Shown here: positions 26,703-34,900 of the stretch, piece after piece
How the letters are laid out: each line of letters begins with the position of its first letter
Position numbering within the stretch: position 1 is the stretch's first letter
From: a virus
Reading direction: 5' to 3' (one strand)
Length of the DNA stretch: 64,000 nt
IMG/VR virus record: IMGVR_UViG_3300034356_001764
Location: 1 to 64,000 of that record
Translations under genes and position numbers: made by a program
Notes under the pieces: model-generated
What the model was told of the DNA's origin: nothing
Database searches by the model: none
Seen by the model: only the letters and a program-made list of their open reading frames with translations

Positions 26703-29700
26703 TTAGTCAATTTCTTCAATTACATAACCATCTTTAATATATCTATTAATCTCTGCTTGTGTAAGATTTGCTACCATCCCTCCTTCTTTAGCTTTAACTG
26801 CACCCTTTACTAAGGCTTTAGTTCTACTTCCAGACGGATCTTTTATAGGAACATATGTATTACCTGTTGATTTCCCGGTGTTAATATACCATTTACCATT
26901 TGAATCTTTCTTATAAGTTACTCCAGGTCTTTCAGGATATTTATAAACTGTACTTTGGAGTGTAACTTTCTTAGTATAATCAGGTGCTACAAATGGCTTC
27001 AACTTATTTGCATCTTTGTATGGATTATAAACAGCAGTAGACTCAGTAGGTACAAGTTTTGAATAAGCAAAATTTGGATTACTCTTTTCATACTCAGCTT
27101 GTTTTTTATTTTTTTCTGCTATGTCTTTACGAACCTGTTCTCTTTGAGCATCCTCACTAGCTTTTTCTCTTGCTGTAATTCCTTTTTGTACTATACTATA
27201 TTCTTTTTGTAATTGATTAGTTGAACTTGTATTACCTATTATTTCATTAGCTTGCTTCAATACATTATTACTATAATCTATATCAAAGTTATTAATATAT
27301 TTTTGATACTTCTCTCTCTTATACCAATCAGAACCTGCTTGCCAAGACTTAGCTAAAATATAAGATGCAGGTATCTTTCCTTTGTATAGACCAGTCTTAA
27401 CATTAAAGTCTTTATCTTTTTTAAGTTTTTCATAATTGTCCAAAAGAATAATTGCACCCGCTTTAGTCTGTGCTTCAATATCAAATGTTCCAATATCTTT
27501 AGGATCAACTCCAAGTTTTTCTAACTTTTTACCAAGGGCATTTAATGAACCATCTTTATTTACAAAGTTTAAAGTAGGTTTCATTTGATAATAACCAATA
27601 CTTGCTTCATCTCCTTCAAAGGCTCCTTGACCAAGAACATCTTTATAAACAGTAGCTGCAACTTGTTTAGGAATTCTTTTATTTGATTCACCACCTGAAC
27701 TTTCATTCTGCATGATTCCACCTACAAGGATCTGTCCTACAAAGTTTGTATCCTCTTGACTATAACCTAGATTTTTAATGTTTCTAACATTGTTATTAAT
27801 AACACCTGTTGCTTGTTTTTGACGCTCAGTTGCTGTTTTACCTGCTACTAGTTTTAGTTTAGGATCAACTGTGCTATAATATCCTGTGTTCTGTAATCCA
27901 GATAAGTCAGCATTTTTAAGACTTGGGGATCTTACAATAGATGCAACTTGATAAGTAAATACACTTTTGTCATGATCATCAAGACTTATTGGCTCATCAA
28001 GTCTTTTGATAAAAGCTTTTCCTTTTTCAGAAGCATGCCAAATTAGTGGCGTACCATCTTTATCTTTACCAACTACAAATCCAAGGTGCTCAACATTTTC
28101 ATTTTCTAAACCACCTTTTGTTTCTGAAGCAAACTCTCCACTTGTTTTTGTATTCATTCTATTGAGCTGTACATAATCACCAACTTGTAATTTTGCATAA
28201 ACATCTTTAGGAACCTTTGGCATCTTAGCCATATCTCTTTCTGTAGTTTCATAAATAAGATCTCCACCTTTATTAAGAACATCAGATTTATTAAACCAAG
28301 CATCATTTGCCCATATATCTCCATCAGCTATTTCACCAAGTAAGTTACTCATCTTAACACTTACATTGAATGAACATCCTTTACCTTCAACACAAACTTC
28401 TTCTCCTTCCCCTTTATCAAGATATGGTAAGTAACCTACTCCAAGATTTTTGTTAACCGTATACTTAGTACTTTGTGATTGTTTTTTTGGTTCAATTGTT
28501 TTTACCTTAGATGGAGGAATACCAGAATTAAATGCATCTAATGCCATCTTTGTTCTGTTACCCATAATACCATCAACTCCATCTCTACTTGGACCTGAAG
28601 CTCCAATGTTATATCCAGCTGCTACTAGTTTCTTTTGAATTGCTTTAACATCACCTGATTGTTCAATCTTTGGCATTGCTATTTTCTCTACTTCTTTCTT
28701 AGTAAGTGTTGGTTGATCTACTACTGGAGTGTTCACTAGGGTAGCTGGTTGCTGAACTGTTGTAGCTACCACAGGTTCAGTAACAACTGGAGGTGCAACA
28801 AGATCACCTGTAGGCATCATATCAGGTGCTAACATAGGAGTCACAACCGGACTCTGACTTTGTTGCATAGTTGGAACAGTTGGTACACCACCATCTTGAA
28901 ACTTAACTTCCTCTATAGTAAACCCACCTTTTCTATAGTACTCTATTTCTTCATCATCAAGATCTAGTTCAATAAAACCACCATCTTCTTCTTGTTGTAA
29001 AGCTTTACCTCCTAATGATTTAGTAGATTTTTTAGGAAGCATTTCATAAATACCTTTCTCATTTTGTTTAGCTAAACCTTGTCTTTCTAAACTTTGCCAT
29101 GTGTTTCTTCCTGGAGCTACTCCATTATTTTCAACAAAGGCACCCCATGATCTAACTTTATTTCCTTCTGGTAATGATTCATTTAACTGCTTATAAACTT
29201 CTGTTCCTATACCTTGTCTTTGAAATTTAGGATCAACTCCTATATCCAATGTTTCAAAATCACCACTGGATAATCTATTACCTGAAACTTCACCAACTTT
29301 TGTATCTCCTTTATAAACCCCAAAAGTCTCCATGTCTAATTCTTGAGATCTTACATTATCAGGTAAAAGTTTTATATTCATATTTTTAGGTGCACTTGTA
29401 ATTTTTTTACTAGTTCCAAGTACATCTTCTGCGTAAGAGCCTACTTTACCAAATTTACCAACTTTACCTAACTTACCCAATGAACCAATTCCTGGTAACA
29501 CACCTGCTACATCTAATGTTTTATCTAACCCTGACCAATATTGATTTCCTGTAAGAGGATTTATATTAGTATTTCCTGTACCAAATGCAGAACCTATTCC
29601 TGGATTAGCAGACAGTGCAACATCAGCAACTGTATTACCTACTCCTTTAAGTGTACCCATGGGATCTTTTGCAATACGCAATAATGCTGGAGCTCCAGTT

Positions 29701-31976
29701 AATTCTAGCACTGCATCAGTAACTCCCATATTAGCTTCTTTTCTAGTATTAGCTTGATCTACTGCATCCTGATATTGGCCTTTATAACCTTCCTTCATTG
29801 TAGCTTGGTCATACTTACCCCAACCTCTTTCATCATACAGTCTGGCAAAGTCAGAAGTTGATATCTTACCTTCTTGAACCTTTCTTCTAGCACGTTCATA
29901 ATCTTGAGCTCCTTGATTATGTTCTTTAACTCCTTGTGTAAATCTTTGAAGTTCTTTTATAGAAAAGTCTTTAGGTTTTAAATCTTGATACCAAAGCTTT
30001 CTACCTTGAGCAGTATTCATAAGAGCTTTACTCTTATCCATTAACTCTTTCCAGCGTTCTTTATCTGAAGCTTTTGCATAAGCAAATGTTTCCGCTTCAT
30101 CTTGAGATTTATCTATAATGGGTTGTTGTGAACCTTCTTGAGCTTGAGGTAGTTCTTCTACTATATAACCACCTTTTCTATACTGTTCAATTTCTTGAGG
30201 AGTTAAATCCATTTCAACATACCCACCATCTTCTTGCATGGCCATCTTGTCATTAACTCCGTATGCCCATCTTTTATATGCAGTGCGGCCTTCTCTTAAT
30301 GGAAGACTTGGTATTTCTTCACCACCTTTTTGTGCATGCACTAATCCTTGACCACCACATTTATGACATGTAGTAACATCATCACTACCATCTGCAGCAT
30401 TCCATTTCCAACCACATTTTTTACAGGTTACTTTCTTAGTAAGTAAAGCACCTCCTTTTTGTTCTTTATTTAAAAAAGCTGGTGATACTGATTTATAATG
30501 TTCTGCAAAATATTGGGCATCTGCAGGATTATTAAATCTTATTGCTTCATTAGATTCTGGACCATAATCACCAAGCATTAACTGACCATTCTCATTTTGT
30601 ATTTGAGGTACAGCATAATTATCCATACTAGCCATATAGTGAGTACCTGTATTACCATTTTCAAATTGATATGGATTATCAGTAGGGACAACCATTCTTT
30701 TTGCAGCAGGATTGCCAAATTCATTTGCATAAGCAAGCTTTGCTTTCATCATACCACTTGTATAATCTTGCAAATGAGATGGTAAAGGAATATCATATTC
30801 TCCTTCTTCATTATGTGAATCTACTACAGCTTGTCCTTCTGGAGTAGTTTCTCTCCAGTTTCTATACTCATTAAGTTTATTTTGAATTAAATTATAATCA
30901 TCAAGTGTCCAACCTTTAGGATTTCCAATTTGATTTTCTATGGCTTTAATTTCTTTTCCCCATTCTTGTGGAGTTGTTGAACCACCAAATTGAAACAGTT
31001 GTCCACTAAATCCAAGTTTATCAATTACAGATTGTTTATTATCAATATGTCTATCAATACCAAGCTCTCTTACTTTAGCTACCTTAGCTTCATCTGAACC
31101 CATTGCAAAGATTCTATCTTCTGGGATACCTGCATTACGTGCCCTAGTGATCATATCTGGTGTTACTTCTTCTCTAGCAGATATAATATACTTCTGATCA
31201 CTAGGTGTATTCATTGCCATTTCCATTCCTGCATCAGTTGTAAGAGTATCATCATAGTCAAATGATACAATACCACCATCTGCGTAGAAACTTGCATTAG
31301 GATCAAAGATTTTTCTTTTTCTAGATTTAGGTACTTCAAATAAAGGATTCAATGCAAACAATCTATTTGTTGCTTCAAGACTTCTTGAATAAGCTTTTGA
31401 TTTAATTCCTTTTGATCCAGTAGGTATTCTTACTTTAGGAGTTTGCCCACCTTTCTTAAAATCTTCAGGTTGCTCAAGCTCTGGTTGAAGTCTGTAATCA
31501 GTTGTTAATTCTTCCCCAGCTTTAATATCTCTTTTTGCATAGACATATCTTTCATTACCTTTTTTAACACTATACATGTTAGGTGTGTCAGAGTGATTAT
31601 GCATCTTTCCAATCTCTCCTACTGGTTGACCATTTCTATGCGCTAAACCTATAAGTTGATTTTTTTTAAAAAAAGTATTTGCAAACAATCCTTTATCAGC
31701 TCCTGCAATTTTTGATTGTTTAACTACTAAATGACTGTTAGCTTTATTACCTCCTTTTTTTAATTCAGGATATTCATCAACATACTTAGCACCCGGAAAA
31801 TTATATTCCTCCTCTGGATGCATCATTACTGGTGAACCAAAATCTGGATAAGCCATGACAGGATATGGAACATTGTCCATGGTTATGTCATTACCTGGAA
31901 TTCTAGTTGGTACTCCAGGATGTGCCCACTGACCTCTTGGATCAACAATAATTTTAGATTTAGATTTCTTATTCAT
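26703..31976 (-). CDS. Multi-domain virion polyprotein (1757 aa): N-terminal GQWAHPG domain, SET, HAD-like, Zn ribbon, GNAT, peptidoglycan-binding, NlpC/P60-like, lysozyme/transglycosylase-like
   Basis: SET: KGLFA...HNHSDTPN...AKRDIKAGEELTTDY. HAD: SFDYDDTL...ISAR...HIDN. Zn ribbon: CKKC...CHKC. GNAT: VDPKFQRQGIGTEVY. PG-binding: VKAIQKKLVAAGY...VDGIMGNRTKMAL. Also GCSFNV...HLGFV...IWHAS and MQNESSGG...SIGYYQMK. Confidence 0.8.
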   Translation of the reverse strand: MNKKSKSKIIVDPRGQWAHPGVPTRIPGNDITMDNVPYPVMAYPDFGSPVMMHPEEEYNFPGAKYVDEYPELKKGGNKANSHLVVKQSKIAGADKGLFANTFFKKNQLIGLAHRNGQPVGEIGKMHNHSDTPNMYSVKKGNERYVYAKRDIKAGEELTTDYRLQPELEQPEDFKKGGQTPKVRIPTGSKGIKSKAYSRSLEATNRLFALNPLFEVPKSRKRKIFDPNASFYADGGIVSFDYDDTLTTDAGMEMAMNTPSDQKYIISAREEVTPDMITRARNAGIPEDRIFAMGSDEAKVAKVRELGIDRHIDNKQSVIDKLGFSGQLFQFGGSTTPQEWGKEIKAIENQIGNPKGWTLDDYNLIQNKLNEYRNWRETTPEGQAVVDSHNEEGEYDIPLPSHLQDYTSGMMKAKLAYANEFGNPAAKRMVVPTDNPYQFENGNTGTHYMASMDNYAVPQIQNENGQLMLGDYGPESNEAIRFNNPADAQYFAEHYKSVSPAFLNKEQKGGALLTKKVTCKKCGWKWNAADGSDDVTTCHKCGGQGLVHAQKGGEEIPSLPLREGRTAYKRWAYGVNDKMAMQEDGGYVEMDLTPQEIEQYRKGGYIVEELPQAQEGSQQPIIDKSQDEAETFAYAKASDKERWKELMDKSKALMNTAQGRKLWYQDLKPKDFSIKELQRFTQGVKEHNQGAQDYERARRKVQEGKISTSDFARLYDERGWGKYDQATMKEGYKGQYQDAVDQANTRKEANMGVTDAVLELTGAPALLRIAKDPMGTLKGVGNTVADVALSANPGIGSAFGTGNTNINPLTGNQYWSGLDKTLDVAGVLPGIGSLGKLGKVGKFGKVGSYAEDVLGTSKKITSAPKNMNIKLLPDNVRSQELDMETFGVYKGDTKVGEVSGNRLSSGDFETLDIGVDPKFQRQGIGTEVYKQLNESLPEGNKVRSWGAFVENNGVAPGRNTWQSLERQGLAKQNEKGIYEMLPKKSTKSLGGKALQQEEDGGFIELDLDDEEIEYYRKGGFTIEEVKFQDGGVPTVPTMQQSQSPVVTPMLAPDMMPTGDLVAPPVVTEPVVATTVQQPATLVNTPVVDQPTLTKKEVEKIAMPKIEQSGDVKAIQKKLVAAGYNIGASGPSRDGVDGIMGNRTKMALDAFNSGIPPSKVKTIEPKKQSQSTKYTVNKNLGVGYLPYLDKGEGEEVCVEGKGCSFNVSVKMSNLLGEIADGDIWANDAWFNKSDVLNKGGDLIYETTERDMAKMPKVPKDVYAKLQVGDYVQLNRMNTKTSGEFASETKGGLENENVEHLGFVVGKDKDGTPLIWHASEKGKAFIKRLDEPISLDDHDKSVFTYQVASIVRSPSLKNADLSGLQNTGYYSTVDPKLKLVAGKTATERQKQATGVINNNVRNIKNLGYSQEDTNFVGQILVGGIMQNESSGGESNKRIPKQVAATVYKDVLGQGAFEGDEASIGYYQMKPTLNFVNKDGSLNALGKKLEKLGVDPKDIGTFDIEAQTKAGAIILLDNYEKLKKDKDFNVKTGLYKGKIPASYILAKSWQAGSDWYKREKYQKYINNFDIDYSNNVLKQANEIIGNTSSTNQLQKEYSIVQKGITAREKASEDAQREQVRKDIAEKNKKQAEYEKSNPNFAYSKLVPTESTAVYNPYKDANKLKPFVAPDYTKKVTLQSTVYKYPERPGVTYKKDSNGKWYINTGKSTGNTYVPIKDPSGSRTKALVKGAVKAKEGGMVANLTQAEINRYIKDGYVIEEID

Positions 31977-34900
31977 TATCTTAATGATGCTTGATTCTTA
32001 CTATTTACTACTTTAACTATCATGTTAACACTACCAGAAATTTCTTTCCTTAAAGTTATATAATTTAAGTAATGTCTGAATTTTTTTCTTTGTAGTTCAG
32101 CTTTGTTATAATCTAAACTTGTAAGATTTAATTCTCTACGGTAGCCATCAGGTAATGTTATCCATGCAATTTCTTCTGGATAGTTACCAAGTAACTCAGT
32201 TGTTCCTGGAACTAATGGTCCTGTTGGAGGATAACCTGATCCTAGTGGAAACTCTCCTCTATCTCTTGTTACATCCCAGAATTGATTAAATCTATATTTG
32301 TTTTCTTCTTTTGAAAACAAGATATCAAATCCAGGTAGACCAACCACTGTATCCCTAATGATTATAGGAATAGATGGATTGAATTTAGGATACTCTAAAC
32401 TTAGTGTTATATTATTTTTAGGAAATACATTTAAGTTTAAATATCCAGATACTTGTTCTGAGTTATAAATAATTGCTGTGTCAAAGTTATTATCTAGCAC
32501 ATGGAATTGATCAACACAATTAGCTGCTCTTTTGTAAGATTCAAGTATATATTCAAATGATTTAACTACTGTTGGTGATTGACCTGTAATAATAGGAGTT
32601 TCAATTTCAAATGGATAATCTTTTCCATAGAAGTTGCAATAAGAATTACATACATAATTATGTTTCCAGAAACTATTTTTCTTTGTTGTTAAGAAAACAG
32701 TTTTACTTGGCATTACTAAATCCGGATGCCAGTCATGAAATGAAATCCACATTTCATTCTTAGGGTCATAACTTGCTGTCCAAGAAGCACTTTCAAATAT
32801 AGTAGGGTCACCAAGTAAGTATCTTCCTCTACCATCTAATGTAAAGAAATCTCCTTGTCCTTTTTTATAACCTTTACCTTTAATCATTTGACGGCAATCA
32901 ACTACTAATGGAACATAGTCAACTCTATCTAAGTCTATACCATCTTTAACAATGTAATCTTTCTTAGTAAAATAAAGTATAGAGTTTTCATTATCATATA
33001 CTGCCTGTACACCTACTCCAGCTACTGGATTATCTTTCCATGGATAATCAGGAAACTGAGTTGTAAGTTTACACTTTAAGAATAGTGAATACCACCACTT
33101 TAATCCAACTTGAGATATCTCTTTTAATCCTCCTGCATAACTAAATATCTTACCTTGATTCTGTGATGCATAAAATAAGCCTGCTGGAGTAGAGATAACT
33201 GCAAGTCTATTTTGAGATGATCCATACTCATATGGCTTATCTGCATTTGAAACAGACTGACCGGGTTGAGAAAATAAACCACCATCACCAATAGTAATCT
33301 TAGTTCCTAAATCTGTTTGAAGTGTATCAACACCTTGAAACATTTGTGGACTATCATTCTTAAATGTAATGAACAAACCACTTTTGTTTATAGACTTAAC
33401 ACCAGATATTTGAGACTTAAATTCTCTATAGTTATTTGGTAAAAATATAAACCAGCTATCTTTAAATGATTCATCTTGTTGTTGTAATGAATAATAAATT
33501 CTATCTGGAAAATATGTATAACATAGTTGAGATACATTTGGGTTGTAGTATCTATTTTGTAAATTACCAGAAGAGAAATACTGATTGTATAGTTTACTTA
33601 CACTTAATGAATAGTCATATCTAAATGTGTTACCTCTTGTAATGTTTTCTGGATTAATTTCAAACATTCTAGCAAGCTCAGTATAACGGTAAGGATCATA
33701 ATGCTTTTCCCATTCATTATCTCCAGCTTCTCTATAATCTACTATTACATCTGACTCAACAAAGAAGTCTCTTACAGAAGAAACTGCTAAATAGAAAAAT
33801 GAATCCTTTGGTCTAAATACACCTGGATAATCTCCTGCTGTATCATTTGTATAATCATATCCTGGATTTGTAGGTGTTGGACCATGATCCATTCTATAAA
33901 ATCTTGTTGGAAAAGCTCCTGTTCCAGGTACTGGTGAATTCCAGTTACTAGGTCCAAGATCTGATACTTCATATTTTCTGGAGTTAACATAAAATCTTGG
34001 TTCAGGAATCATTTGATGAATTGCATAATTATATTCAAAACCATCAGGTTGACCATATAACCAATCATAGAAAAAGAACATTGAATTCTTTTCTGTATAT
34101 CTATTTACATAAACATCTCCACCAAAAAATATTGGGCTAATATTTATTTTTTTAAGTATTACTGCAAGGTTACATGATCCACATTGATTATAAGGACCCC
34201 AGTTTGATAAAGTATTATAATCAAACTTTTGCTCACATGGAGTTATTACAATTTGTTTTATAGATTGCAATTGACCATACTGATTTTGAATTCTTACTTT
34301 CATTGCCGCATAGTGACTAGCAATTGGTAAAGTAAAATTAGCATCTACAATCTCAAAATTTGGACCTACATTTGGATTAGGAATATAAGGATTTAATGTC
34401 AAGGGATCAACTAAACCATTTTGTTGAATATTACCAAGAGTAGTTAATGACTGATCTACATATCTTGAAGATTCAATAATATAGTTTGGTCCAATTGCAC
34501 CACCAATATAAGGCCCCGCATAATTTGGACCAGCCTCTGTTCTTATTACAACTGTGTCAGATCTTTTAAGATTATTAATACTATAAGATCTGAAAGTACC
34601 TGCTACATTATAATACCCAGGCATTTGCATAATGTTATCTCTTATGTAAGAACTATCTTCAATTTTAAATCTAAATAGTTTTGTACTACTAGGAGATCTC
34701 ATATCTGAGTAGAACCCATGAGCAATCATTTGTGATGCATACTGTGTATAAGGAATAATTGCTCTAATAATATCAGCTGCAATATTTGCTCCTTCAGAAA
34801 AATAATATAGTGCTTGATTCAAACCACCTAAAATTCTAAGAGGGATTGGTAAGTAATCTAATTTAGGTACTGTATAAGTATACTCATCTCCAGATGCAGA

